Origin: Hydrolagus affinis
Taxonomy: Eukaryota
Length of the DNA stretch: 64,000 nucleotides
Assembly (NCBI GenBank): GCA_012026655.1
Contig: JAAILG010001075.1
Span: forward strand, 1-64,000
Direction of reading: 5' to 3'
The notes under the pieces are model-generated. The model had not been told where the DNA came from, did no database searches, and saw only the letters and a list, made by a program, of their open reading frames with translations. Position numbers and translations under genes: made by a program. Positions 1-13,221 of the stretch are shown in pieces; the stretch's first letter is position 1; every line of letters begins with the position of its first letter.

Positions 1-147
1 CCTGCCTGCCTCTCTGTCTCCCTACCTACCTGTCTCTCCTGCCTCTCCTCCCTTCTGCCGGCAATATCATCGAAAATGCTTCCTTTTTTTTTCACCAAGA
101 AAAGGTCAAAAGTGGGGGGTGCGCCTTATACGCGGAGATATACGGTA
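1..147. mobile_element. Right end of a Tc1/mariner-superfamily (Tc2-like) non-autonomous DNA transposon
   Basis: Ends in gtgcgccttatacgcggagatatacgg followed by TA, which resembles CCGTA....TATAAG.CGCAC-type TIRs. CT-rich interior. The left end is outside the window. Confidence 0.55.
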
Positions 148-184
148 ATCAGTTGCTTTTTCCTCTAGATGAGTTGCTTTAATC

Positions 185-392
185 CCACTCTTTCATCCCA
201 CTCTATCCTCATCTCCAACATCAAACCCACCACCTGGTTTCATAACCCCCACCTCATCCTATTCCTACCCAGCTTCCGATAACCCAATTGCCACCTCCTC
301 TGCCCTTTATTACAGATGTAGTCAACCATTCCGTATCTTCTGGCACTATTCCTATTTCCTTTCAAAACCACAGTCCACACCCTTCTGAGAAG
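185..392 (+). mobile_element. Degraded L2-clade LINE ORF2 fragment
   Basis: Frameshifted translation ..ISNIKPTT..PIPTQL..PFITDVVNHSVSSGTIPISF.., typical of the region just upstream of the L2 RT domain. Confidence 0.65.
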
Positions 393-1251
393 CTATCAAG
401 AGATCTCAATCTTTTTCAAGAATGAGTGACCAACCCACTCACAAGCAGGAAAGAGTGCAAGTGAGAGCAGGCAGCCCTGGGATTGTATTGTGTTCACTCC
501 AAAGGCCCTCACATCAAGAATGACCTTGTATATCATAGACCAGAGAACTGCTGGTGACAGCACTTGAGTGAGACTCATCCTCTTGAGTAGGAGAAAGGAA
601 GAGAGAAAGGTTGGATAGGGAACACGATGCTCTTTATAGAATAATACATCTTGAATTTTAAATGCACGCTTAATATCTGCAGTCTTCCTGTATTATTAGA
701 TCAGATTCTGACTCATGCTTTCCAGAACAAAGGTGAAAGTCAGGAGAGAGATAGCATGCTTCACATGATGTCACAAGAAGTACTAAAATGCCTCATTACT
801 ATTAATAGTCTCCTGAGGAAACTGAATCAAGATCCCAAGGAAATATATTCTACATTTTATCTATGTATGCATGTGTGTATATATCTATATATTATGTATA
901 TATAGTATGCAAGTTGTACAGGGGATACTGGAACACTGAATTTCTTATTTTAAATTTTGCATTCCATTCAGAAAATCATTGTCTTTTTAATTTTTTTTGC
1001 TAATTTTCTGTATTCCTTCACATTGACTCTTTATGTTGAGATGGTTTCTTGGGGAATCCTTTTAATCCAGCAATTTAATTTCTGCCTCAATGCTTTCCTT
1101 ACTTTCCTTACATGTTACCAAACTCCTCTTTCAAAATATTCCACCAATAGCAGGCAAGCTTTCCCTGAAAATGGATGTTATCCTTGTAAACTGGTGTCTA
1201 AAGCACCAAGGAAAGTCTAACACCAACTACACTTGCACACATTGAAATAGG

Positions 1252-1313
1252 AAATGCAGTAATCTCTGCACACCGTAATGCAGTAATCTCCACTGTAATG
1301 CAGTAACTGTGCA
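1252..1313. repeat. Short degenerate tandem repeat, 3 copies with core AATGCAGTAA
   Basis: aatgcagtaatctctgcacaccgt / aatgcagtaatctccactgt / aatgcagtaactgtgcac. Confidence 0.7.
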
Positions 1314-2097
1314 CCTCAGTTCAGAATATTTACTATATGTTGCCAACATAGGGAATAAAATCTCACTGTATATCTTCAATATTAGCCAAAAAAAACACGT
1401 GGATTAAGGTAGAAAATGAATTATATCATAGTATAGGATAGGATCTTACTGTCCTGATTTATGGAATGAGCTTGAAGATCAAGGCTTTTTAAAAGTCTCT
1501 CACTCTTGGACACGAACCAGCTCTTCACTAATTCTAAGGAAAAAGCAGTGTAAAGGCCTCATCCAAAACTCTCATCTAGAGATTCTTTCTGAATGCCATT
1601 GCAGTAGGAAATTCCTTCTTTCTTGCCTACTCCACATGAAGCAAAATTCAAGTACCAGTTCCATCATCTGGATGTAACAACATTTCCTTTCGTGTATAAA
1701 GTGCAGGGCAAACGTGTCAAAAAATCCACTCAACTGTGAAACAAAGGCAATTTGTTATGAGATTGAATTTTATAGTGTTGCCAGCTTTATGGGGAGAAAG
1801 CTTTCTGGAAAGATACAGGACAATTTGATGTCAGCACCACCTACCACTGTGCAGGTTAATGTTTGCTTGCCAATACACTTTAGAACATAAGAAGGAGAAA
1901 AATGCAACACCTGTTATGTTATTTCTTCTATAAGCACCGAGGACCAAAAAAAATGCAAGCATTAAGTACAATTTAGCTCTGTCATGGATTTAACACATGA
2001 TTTTCAGAGAGAAGCAGATCACTTTCCCCGCTCCAACAAACTTTATGTACAAGAACCCTCCCAAATTCCAAAGGTAATACATCTTTACAGCTAACAT

Positions 2098-2210
2098 TAA
2101 TAATAATAATCCTTGTATTTGATATAGCGCTTTTCACATCTTTTATATAGATGTCTCATAGAGCTTCTCAGAATATACTGTAAGGTGAATTGACTGTGTA
2201 TATTTGGGTG
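2098..2210 (-). mobile_element. 3' tail of the tRNA/Deu SINE family
   Basis: Reverse complement matches the tail of the full copy at 43796-44106, including the (ATT)n end. Confidence 0.8.
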
Positions 2211-3396
2211 CTGTATACATTACTCAACTCCAACCCAATGTTCTTCAATTTATTCCAAAACAGATTTTCTGAAGGATTTGCATGACGCAATATTGACTAC
2301 CTTACAGAGGGTCAAATTACTGTCAAGTTGTTTTTGCTCAATAAATAAATAGAACTGTGGCTTGCTTTATGAGATGCTTTGCAGGGCTGAGAAAACGATG
2401 CACATATTTTGTTAAAGAAGAATTGGTTTCATCCATTGTTGAATCTTTGGTCAGTGCATCATCTGAATAACTGATCAGTTATCCAATGTTTAAACAAAAC
2501 TTTAGTTAAGTTAGCGAATCCATATTTTGTTGATTGAATGTTTCATTTCTGTAATAGCATTGGGGCACTTTTGAACCTTCCTCTGTTTTGTCAACAAAAC
2601 TTGAAGCAGAAATGTTTGACTTGTGAAAATTGCTGACATGTTACTGCTTTCTTTGATTTAACAGCACTGACTGTTGGTCATTTTGTGTATATGCTTATTG
2701 TGTTCCATGCACAGAAACAGCAGTACAGTGCAACTTTCATTCAGGATTGGGATTAACCCAGTGATCTCTGTGGTCGGCAGTTTTATTTTCACAGACGCTT
2801 CTCTAGAAGCTGTGCCGGTGCTTCAGTAACACACTTGAATCAATCTCTGTGTTTGTGTTGCCTGTTTCAGTTGACTCACTTTTCCACATGGAAATATCAT
2901 CTGTTGGTACCTCAAGGATCACCAGGATTAAATAGCTGTTAAACATTTTCAACTCGGCAAATGTTAAACCCGATTTATTTTTAAAACACCTCCGTGTCAA
3001 AAAAATCCGCTATGAGGAAAGAGTGGCTACAGAAGGATGTGAACTTTGCAATCAAATACAGCGTGGAAAAAAACCTTTTTAAAAAATCAACAGACTTATT
3101 AATTACCTGAAACTGCCCATATTTATCTAAGTGCCCAGTAAAGAATCTATATGATTAATGTTTTTCCTGTTGTCGGATATGACGTCAATTGACCATTGAT
3201 ATGTTTTTTTCCGGGTTACCAATGCCAGATGGAATAGTTGTTTTATTAAGACTGAACATCACGGGTATTGTTGCTGTGCAATGTGCGATAGCTTGTTGTC
3301 TCTTCACTTCCTTGGCATTCACAGATCCTATGGTTTCTCCTCCCCTTCCTTCTCCCAAACACGCCTTGTGTCTTTTCCCTACCCTTTGTTTTGCAG

Positions 3397-3469
3397 TCAA
3401 TGCATTCATCAGATCCTAGAAAGCGTTAATCACATTCACCAACATGACATAGTGCACAGGGACCTCAAG
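3397..3469 (+). CDS. CAMK2G: CaMKII gamma exon (equivalent to mammalian exon 6): (S)[24 protein letters not shown], catalytic loop
   Basis: ttgcag| acceptor and aag|gtcagt donor, 73 nt. Contains the HRDLK motif. [16 protein letters not shown] is the gamma-type sequence. Confidence 0.96.
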
Positions 3470-4756
3470 GTCAGTATCTCTCTACTAACAAAGGCATGAG
3501 AATCCAGTCATCTCATACAGGAGCACTGTAAACTTATTGCATGTTGTCCAAGTCCTGCTGTTAAGAATCCTTTACTTGAGATTTCTTGCCTAAGTATCTC
3601 TACTATCCCAAAGCCCCAAGAGATATACTTCATGACAGACAACTGACCATTATTATTGGCCTCATTCACCTAGAGCACATTCCTGTTGGCCATTGCCTCT
3701 GCCAAATCAATAAGAATGGTCCGAGTGGCTCGCATGTCAGGCTGGCTTTTATTTCCTGCTACAACAGCAACTGTAACAATTAACAGCATAAATCACAAGT
3801 TGCTGTCACCATCCCTTCTGAGTTGGGGAGGGCAAAACTCCTCTGAGGTCTGTCATGTTTTATATCTCCTGGCAGCCTAGTTATTTGACAGTCATGCCAG
3901 CTGTGCCAAGGGCAGCACTGAAGCCTGGCTTTTTATTTACTCACACTGCCACGTGTGAGTTCTTTAAACTCTGCACGTGCCTGGACCAAGTCCGAATTAA
4001 TCTTACCCCATCCCTCTATTGACATAATTGGAGCACAATCGTTTTTCTGTCAACTAAGAGCCTTATTTTTGTTTCTAAACAAGCATTGAATACCATTCAA
4101 ATTTTGATTTGCAATCTACTAGAATCTTTCACTATTTCTTAATGCAACAAGGTTTTTACTCAAGTGAGAGAGTTGAGAAAATTTAGAGAATTGAAGTTCT
4201 CAAGAAAACAGCAAAGCAATCTGAAGTGCTTAAGTAATAGTATATATACGCAGTTTTAAAAAAAGTCAGCAACAGTAGACCAAAAAAACACATTAGCTTA
4301 TGTGGATATTCTGCCAGTGCTGTTGGCAAGTTTTGTTTTGAAAAAGTGAAAACATTTGCTTTTTCATAAAAACAGCTTTGTGAGAGAAAACCTTTCCATC
4401 TTAAATCATAATGCCAACCCAGGATTCTGAGAGAACCGAAATAATTGTAACATCCATTATTTGATTTTTAAAAAAAAAGAACGTTAGTTCAATTTCTTCT
4501 CCAAAGTCTGCCTTCAGTGAAATGTATTCACACTGTTTTGTTTCTAAACTGCAGTAATACAATTTGAGAATGTTAAACACGGATTGTCATTGAGAATGGT
4601 GAGATGCTTTTGCTGGCTCATTCCTCTCCTGCTCCTGCTGTGCCAATACAGTACTGTACTATATAAACTTTTTGTCAAATGCTTAACTCCTGTGCCACCT
4701 AGTGTGTGTGTCCTGGCTTTGCATCCAGTATAGTTTGCAAAGCCATTGTACATTAA

Positions 4757-5292
4757 CCCTTTGTGAACCGAAGCGGCACCAATGACCTATAGTTTATGCT
4801 GATTTCTCTCATTTATCTTTTGGAGATTCAAAATTCACAAATCCTGGACTGTGCTGAATTAACAAATCTCAGCTGAGTTTGGGTTCACTAAATTTCAGCA
4901 ACTGGGTTAGATAAGCAAAATCGTATCAATCCATACTGAAAGTATATATTAATGTGGACAGCGTAGGGCTGAAATTTACATTGGAGTTCTGTGTAGCAAC
5001 ATTGCTATTGGCCTGGAATGGGATTTTCCCACATTATTCCCATGTTGCCCAAACTGTGACAGAATACCAACCAAGATTTCAGGCCTCGGGTGAGAGTTGG
5101 CTTAGGCTGCAATGCTGTCAAACAGCCTGCCCACAATGATTGTCTTGGCTCCCACATGAAGAGTGCTCACTTGGACGGGATACCCAAGGATGCTTGCCCT
5201 TGACCTTCATGAGAAGAGAGTCAGAAAACCGGCAACAAAATAATGATTTTTAAATAATTGGACCATTTGGTATTCTGTTGGTGCTCAAAGGG
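4757..5292. mobile_element. piggyBac-like MITE, about 536 bp
   Basis: TTAA|CCCTTTGTGAACCGAA... and ...TTGGTGCTCAAAGGG|TTAG: imperfect TIRs beginning CCCTT with a TTAA-type target. Confidence 0.6.
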
Positions 5293-6773
5293 TTAGTTAG
5301 ATGTTGTGTTTGTGTGAAATCGGTTATATTGTGCTGTAAGTCCATCACTGAAGCAAGTGTTGTTTCAGTGTGTGTGATTTGTTGTATTAAATGTATAATG
5401 GATGTCTGTTTATGAATATAAAAATGAATTATTATTTAATCTAACTTGATAGTTGTGGTATTAAAACAGTTAATGTCACTTTTGTGAATTCCCAAATATG
5501 ATTTATTTTATTTAAGAATTATTTTTGGCTCTGCCTCCCCAACCCCCTTAAATATAAGATGTCATCAACCTTCTCTCCCCAAACACCCTGGGGACTTTTG
5601 TTAGTTTTTGTCAGGTCACTCCATGAGTTACTCACCCAATTGGCCATTGTTCAGGTGTTAATTTACACTGTAAATCTCAGATGAGCCTGAGCTGTTCTCA
5701 GACTGTACATATTTTCGAGTGGGAGGAGGGGAGGGGGTGCAGAGTTCAGGAGTAGCAGCCCTAAGTTATTTTAGCTTGGTACCACTGAAGCTAAATTGCA
5801 CATTTAACTCTGTCTGGCTACAATCAGCAAACATCATATAGCCCAATAATAGAACCCAGCCCCTCTAAGGCTATAAGCTTTCAGTTCTATCCTGAAACAC
5901 CCTCAGCAGGTTACAGAGAACAGTAGTATTGACTGGCTCTAAGGGTAGGCCACTGCTTAGGAGGACTGCGCTGAGAAGTGGGGAAATGTACATTTATAGA
6001 TTGTTCACATAGCTTTTAAATGATGCTAAAACTTGTTTTCAAAGCCCAATTTGTAGACATAAAACATATGCAGTACCACAGTTTAAGAAAACAAAAATGA
6101 ACCTGAGAATTAATCTGTGAAGCTGACAATCAGGAGTTTCAAACCACAAATTATTTTGTTCATATATAATATTGGAAGAAATTATACCAATGATCTCTCG
6201 AATAATACCAAGGCTATACATAGTTTTTTTTAAAAAAAAGGTACGAATAGGTGCATATTATTATTATTATCTCAAATGCTAGTTTCGTACATGCTTTGAT
6301 TTTCATGCATTGAATTTTACCTTGTTGTACGAGGGATTTGCAATGACAGCCGCTAGGAAAGTTTGTGTTTGTAAAAGTCAATGGAGTAGGAGTTGCACCA
6401 GTCATTAAATTTACCGACACTCAGTGAAGACAAGCTGTGTTTTTTTTTGGAACCATCATTAAAAAAAATTGTTTGAGTCATAAAGATTCTTGACTGCCCT
6501 CTCCCTAAATCCCATTCTAATAATGCCTCAGATTGTACTGCAACCACAAAATTGACATGTGTAACTGTTAGCTCCACAGATAGCATATTAAGATTGAAAC
6601 TAAATGATAGGGCTGAGCTTGTGGTGTGCATTAACTCATGGAGGGAGGGGCCGAACAGAAAGATAGTTAAGGTCAGCTAATCAAATACGTAACATGAGGC
6701 AGACAAATAGCCAAGGAGATTGCAAAGAGAAATATTATTAAGACGTTAAACAAAGGGGAAATAGACAATAAAC

Positions 6774-6935
6774 AATAATTCCTTGCATTTGATATAGTAT
6801 TTGACATTTGACTGTATTTGTATTTGCCCATAAAACACAATCAATCCACTTTACAGTGCATTCTGTGAAGCGCTTTGAGGCATCTCAACTATGTGAAAAG
6901 GCACTATATCAAATGCAAGGACTACTATTATTATC
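6774..6935 (+). mobile_element. SINE 3' tail (6826-6935, +) preceded by a short inverted piece of the same tail (6774-6798)
   Basis: ttctgtgaagcgctttgag...actatatcaaatgcaagga plus ATT repeats. A 19-bp perfect inverted copy sits at 6780-6798. Confidence 0.8.
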
Positions 6936-7076
6936 ATTATTATTGTAGACCAATATAAGAAAGGCAAAAATAAAAGCCAACAAATTCAAGAACTACAAAA
7001 AATTCTGATTAAAGATCAAATAACGTTTGCTAATGTTTTGCATGTAGATTGAAAGATTACTTGTTGTTCATGAACT

Positions 7077-7330
7077 TTAGGAAGCATTTTTTCACTCAAA
7101 GGGTGGTAGAAATGTAGAATTCTCTACCCCCAAAAGGTCGTGTGATGCTGGATCCACCCACACCTTCAAGAGTGAGGTTGATAAATTTTTGGTAGGTCGG
7201 CATATTAATGGATACGGGGAGAAAATGGGAAATTGGAATTGAAAGGATTAGTAAAGATACAGATCAGCCATGAATCTAATTAAATGGCGGAAGAGGCTGG
7301 ATCGGCTGAATGGCCTACTCCTGTTCCTAT
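7077..7330 (+). mobile_element. CR1-clade LINE 3' end
   Basis: RKHFFTQRVV-like coding remnant and the chondrichthyan CR1-type tail gatcagccatga...aatggcgg...gaatggcctactcctgttcct. Confidence 0.85.
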
Positions 7331-7469
7331 CTTAAGTTATTGTCAGCTCTGGGTATATTGCTGGTTTGTTTTAGGGTTAATCCTAATTCCAAGTAAGGGA
7401 TACTTTCTTACTCTGAATTGTGCCTGTTAATTTATTTATTTTCCCATAATAATGTTGCTTTGCCACCAG

Positions 7470-7572
7470 CCAGAGAACCTGCTACTTGCCAGTAAATGTA
7501 AGAGTGCAGCAGTAAAGTTGGCAGATTTTGGATTGGCAATCGAAGTTCAAGGAGATCAGCAGGCATGGTTTG
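7470..7572 (+). CDS. CAMK2G: CaMKII gamma exon 7: [34 protein letters not shown](G)
   Basis: caccag| ... g|gtaagt, 103 nt, phase 0 to 1, DFG motif. Confidence 0.97.
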
Positions 7573-9001
7573 GTAAGTCACAAAGGATTTTGTATGTTTT
7601 CAAAACCAGATCAAACCAAATTGCAGCCCTCTGAGGTTTACAGAAGCATTACGTTCGCATAATATCATACATCATTTATGTAGCTTATTAAATTAACATT
7701 GTATACTGACCATCTCTCTGGGGAAAGAAATATGAACTAATTGTATTTCTTCGAGTACAAGGAAACAACAAGTTAAAAAAACGCATTGAAGCAATTATGA
7801 ATACCTATGTTCTGAATAAGCAATAAGCTCACAATATGCCTCATATCCTGTCTGAATCAAAGGTCACCAATACCACAGACTTTGTCTGTCACAAACATAT
7901 CTTATAATCAACTAATATCCTCCTGCAGTGTATTCAATGGGTTGTTTAATCCTGGCCATTTTATGAAAGTTTGCAAGACAAGTTCCTTAGCTCTCACTGA
8001 CAGATGTAATGAAAATGCTAGTAAGCCTTTATCTTGGATTGAGAACTGATTAAAGTAGGTGACAGATGCATTTTGGGGGCTGTTATTCCAGCAGTAAGTA
8101 CCTTAGATATCAATGCTGGGAGAAAGGAACACTTTTCCAGTGCCAGCACTGGATATAGGAGCCTAAACTAATGTGATCCTTACCTGAAGTGTGCATTAAC
8201 CTACGTGTACCCAACTGATGTGTCCTAGTTCCTACCACAGCCATTCTTGTGAGCTCACTGCCAACTAGATTCAAACTATGAGTAGTTTTGTATATCACTT
8301 ACTGAGAACTGAGTCAAGATTTCCTAGATTCAATTTGCCAGGCCCCTTACAGTTAGCAGTGATGGCCATCAGTCTGAACTGGATTGAAATCCCGGCTGTG
8401 TTAGTCAATGCTTATGGAATCCTTCCAGCCAAACTGTAACCCCAGTCATCCAGTCAGTTCTCTGGTATGCAATGGAGTCATATCTAACAAGCGATAGAAT
8501 TGAAATAACCATTTACAGCTGTTTAAGTAAATTACAAACATAAACCAGTGACCACGGCAACGAAGTGATTGAATAACCCACAGATCTTTCCTATTCAAGG
8601 TTCCATTGTAGAAAAATAAATCTCTACTGCCAAAGAAAAAAAATGAGAGAAAGCTTTACATTATACTTGAAAAGATTGATGAAAGAAAATCACTCAATAA
8701 TTTCCTTATACAAAAGCAAATTAAATAATTGGATATATGGATTATTTGACCCCCTTCACTGCAGAGTTAATCGTTTCATTATATTTGCAATTGAATTAAA
8801 TATTAATACGGAAATGGAGAACATTGACACTAATTCAATGTAAATTTCAGAATTTTTGAAGGTGCACCAGAAGTTTTTTAAGGCACATTTCATGAATTTG
8901 CTGCAGATTAGCAATCAAGATTTGGAACCCTGATTGATTTTCCCCTTCCCGAGGCTGGGCTGTGAAGGCCATTTCTAGTACCCCAACTGAGATTAGTGAA
9001 C

Positions 9002-9112
9002 CATAGAAATTTACAGCATTAAAGAAGTTCATTCAATCCATCTTGTATGTGCCAGATCTTTAAAGAGCAATCTTTTGATTCCCATTTACCTCCGCTTTTC
9101 CACATACCCCTG
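9002..9112 (-). mobile_element. Degraded CR1 LINE 3' end
   Basis: Similar to the 15621-15725 copy (catagaa...tgtgccag.tcttt.aaagagcaa...cccatt). Confidence 0.6.
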
Positions 9113-9303
9113 TAGTGAACTCCACATTAGGCCAGAAATCAAATCTGAAAGATACTGGTCTGTTTGCTTAGTACTGTACTTAGGGGTTACATTTATCTAT
9201 CAGAAAGTCAGGGGCATCCTATAAGTTTGGACTGGTTTTTCGTGTCACATCTTCAATATGAACTGTGTGGAAAAGAACTGTGTGAAGTAAGGACTGATAC
9301 AAA

Positions 9304-9965
9304 TGTTGTACAATTAATATGCATGTTTATTAATTCGGGTTAGTAATAATTATAAGAAATTAAAAGTATTCATCACAACAATGCTTACGTATCAACGCAT
9401 AGTTCACAATGATTTAAGTTGATCAACCCAAATGCCGTGGGAGATAAAGTAGCAAGGTACAATTTAATGTCCAGATTAATCCAAATATAAGTCCATCAAA
9501 CGGTATCCAAGTATTGTTGTACAGTTTTCAGTTCGATTTCCAAGTATGCAGGTATTATTGTGCCATTCCCAGTTCGATATCCAAGTACCAATGTACATCT
9601 AGAGTTGCTCCACTCATAGTCTTGATCTCTTCTTCCGAAGCTGAAACATGGATTCGCGACTCCCAAGTTCCAATTTCTCCTTTCTTCTTCCTCGATTTCT
9701 CCTTTTTATTCAACTCATCAGGTGACCCTTCACCCATTGTCCTTTGCAAGATGGTTCCTGTGCAAAAACAAACGTAACACAGCTCCCTCTCCAGCTACAG
9801 ACCATATCTCCATGAGAAGATCGCTGATATAAACTGAAAACACTTTGCTGTTTATACACAATCCTTTGTCTCCTCTTCCAAGCTAGTCACAACCAAATCC
9901 TATCAGGTGCAATTGATTACATATGTCTCAAATCACCAATATATTTAGAGATATTAATGAACACA
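9304..9965 (-). mobile_element. Possible solo LTR
   Basis: TG...CA ends with an imperfect terminal inverted repeat. Read on the minus strand: CCAAT box (9936-9940), TATAAA (9851-9856) and AATAAA (9326-9331) in LTR order. No TSD found. Confidence 0.35.
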
Positions 9966-11554
9966 TTAATCACAGAATCCTTCAGCATTAGCTGAAGAAA
10001 GGGAAACATATTGATACACTTAATATGGTAGTATCTCTATTGAGAGATTAAACCTGCCCTTCTGATCAACATAACTAAACAAGCCCACTATTTCTCTCAT
10101 AACCAGTGGGGTGTAAATTAAAAGGGAAGCAATACTTTGAATTTTGCTGACAGTACCTGCCACATTTCCTAGATGTTGTTCGCCTTTTTCTGGTCACAGC
10201 ATGCTCTGGCATTATGGTACATCTGTCAATATGCCAACAGCAACTGGTAACAGGTGAAAAGTGCAGCTGATTGGCGCTATGAAGGGTGAGATCTTATACT
10301 GGAAGTGCTTTTGGACGTTTGGCTCAAATGATACTTATCTCAGAATAATTCTAGTCTGGTATGATTTGGACAAGTTTGCACTGCCTTTATTTTCTCTCAA
10401 AAATGCTACTGGCCTTGACCTTTACAGTCAACAGTATCATAGCTTACCTAGTACGGTATCTTGTTAGGGGGTATTTCATAATCATTGGTGGTTACAGTAG
10501 AAATTCACCTGTTTCCCAGTACCAAACTACTGTGTTACATTAAACAATTCTTGTCTATTCAACTGAGCTTTTGAAAAGCTCCCAATTGGTCAATTGGTCA
10601 GGTCTACGCAGTGGATAATTCACATTAACTACTGTGCACAGGATGTTTGGCTGTAACATCAAATGAGTTGAATTCAAATCCACAGAAATTATTCTGGACC
10701 TGCACAGTACTTTCTGTTCACCTGAAGTACTGCACACTTCTCAGGTGTCACTTATCAATTTGAAGCAGAGGAGAGAAACAAGGCTCATCTCCAGGGTTAG
10801 AGGAACTGGTAAATAAGGTGGAGGTATGAGGATGTAATAGATAATATACCATACCAGTACATGAGGCTGCCATTGAATTTTTTCAGGTCAAGCCTTGTCA
10901 GTCTTCACCTTAAGCACAATCATTGATCACATTGAATTAATCCCCAGCATCCTTGTTTATGTATTAGATGTCATGCCCTCTGGGTTATATATAGTCATTG
11001 CTTTGCATGTCCAGAATGGGAATGTAAAGCACCCTGCCTTTGCTTCCTGTCAACAGAGCAATTATAATAAGAAAAAGGAAAGCATGTTATAGACTATAAT
11101 AAAAGTAAAAAACCCTAGACTTGAATATCTTAGCTGCAGATAAAAAAAAAATTCTGGGATAGTCTTCATCTTGGGGCCCATTTGGAAATGATGCAGTCTG
11201 AATATCACTGCGCCAGCTCTGTGCTCTACGCAGTCTGGGCTAATCTGGACGAATAAATACAGATTAAAGACCAAGTACCCTATATAAATGCGAAATCACA
11301 ATTTCTCTGCCTTTTTTCTTCACTTCAATGCACTCATCTCTAAACATATTTGATTAATATTTAACAATCCCCATAACAGCTTGATGGCAGCTGTTATTAC
11401 AATTATTACCCATGCTTTGACAAATCAATGAGGCTTTGCACGTATATCATATAATGGCATTGTAGACTCTATTGGTGATGAATAGCTTCAAAGTACTCAC
11501 AAGGTTAGCCAGGCTCCTTATAAACTATACTCTACAATTCTATCCCAGAGTCCA

Positions 11555-11712
11555 TCCAGCTCCCTCCCACCTCTCATTCAAGGCACAACTCAAGATACAA
11601 ATCTTTGATCACACTTTTGGTTATCTTTCCACTCCCCACCCAGCTTGGGTATCTATCAGTGTCAAACACTTTGAAATGTCTTCCCGATGTGAAAGGCACT
11701 GTATAATTGTTT
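11555..11712 (+). mobile_element. L2 LINE 3' end
   Basis: SFKAQLKIQIFDHTF matches the L2 C-terminal FKxxLKTxLF motif, followed by the ...gatgtgaaaggcactgtata tail. Confidence 0.75.
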
Positions 11713-11826
11713 TTGGTCATCCGAGTGTCTGATGCATGAAGAAACCCCATCACTATTCTTAAGAGCTTCAATACTCTTAAGTATGGTGATGGGCTTCCTC
11801 ATGTGTCAGGCACCCGGCTGACAAAT
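11712..11826. repeat. Imperfect palindrome, about 110 nt with an ~45-bp core stem
   Basis: ccgagtgtctgatgcatgaagaaaccccatcactattcttaagag [cttcaata] ctcttaagtatggtgatgggcttcctcatgtgtcaggcacccgg. Confidence 0.85.
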
Positions 11827-12522
11827 CCAGAAAAATTAGTGTAAATATAAACCATTTATCCTCTTTCATGAATCAATGTCTTTAACTATTCCAGCCACTA
11901 CTTGTAAGATTGATCCCCTCTAACTCCAGCTTGTATGTACAGTTATTTCTTGTTTTCACCCTCTTAAAGTCTTCCTGTATCAGGTCTCTCTTGCCGTCAA
12001 GGCAGGTTGGAGCCCTAATCCTTGTCTTGGAAACCTACATGATTTTTATTTGACTTCCAAATAATAACAAGTAATAATCCCTTCATTGGATATAGCATTT
12101 TTAAGACAGGAGGCCATCTTACTAAAGTGTTCTAAGATATTAAACCTATGTGAAGGTGAAGAGTTGTTCAATAAAAATAAGTTGATGCTGATGTGTTAAA
12201 GCACTTCATAGAATTTACTGTGAATTGGAGAAAATGTTTATTTTGTAGGCTAACAGAGTAGCAGAGCATTGTCCCATAGATATGAATTCCTCCCAATATA
12301 TCTCTCAACAGAGTATAAGAGCTTTCCTTGATCACAATTACCCTCAGATCATTTTCAGTCAAATGGCGCAATTATTTATGTTTCCCTTTTTCTTTCCATG
12401 AGAGGGGATACACTTGCTACAATTCATATGATGTATAATAGTAATTGTGCCGCAATCTTGAAATGCCTGCAGAAAGATGAATGTATGGAAGAAAGCATCT
12501 TTGCAGAGGACTGTTTCAGTAA

Positions 12523-12645
<123 letters not shown>

Positions 12646-13221
12646 TAGAAAAGTTAAACTCATTGGAATTAATCTTTGGGGCTAAAGATAATGAAAATCT
12701 AAAGACAAAATGTTTAAAACACTGAGTGGTGGATTGCAAAAACACAGATGTTTAATAAATTGGATTTAACAGTAACCCTCCAGAAATGTAACAATTTTTT
12801 AAAAAGCTTCAAACTTTGAAGCTTTGAGTTTAAATAGGAAACAGAGTATTTTTAGATCTTGAAACATGTTATACCATTTCACTGCATTTTACCGCTTTCG
12901 CTTAAATAAATACTCTGATCTCTGTTCTAACTTTCCAAGCTCTAATTTGGAGTTCAAATCATAATCTCAATGAATGACAGTGCAGTCAATTGCTCTTGTT
13001 GGCTGAGTATCGCCAGTTTTTGACTGAGCCTTGGTAGCAGAGACCTGTGTGGTGTAACCATACAGATGTCTACAACCCAGCCTGCTCAGTGACCCAAACA
13101 AAGAGAGAGTCTAGTGGGAAAGGCTACATGGGTAGGAGTAATGTAGTGTAATATCAATTGAAATCAAGTTAAAGCAACTGTTACACTCTTAAAGCAAGAA
13201 ATAGAAATTGGAAGGGAGGGA

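Noticed and set aside
1-3396. CaMKII exons 1-5
   Set aside because: No VTGGELFEDIV or earlier coding sequence was found, so they presumably lie upstream of the window.
8120-8460. Old repeat-like segments here and near 25300-25560, 31560-31910, 34440-34570 and 48180-48300 (LF-SINE or similar)
   Set aside because: Too diverged to assign by eye. A Dfam/RepeatMasker profile search would be needed.
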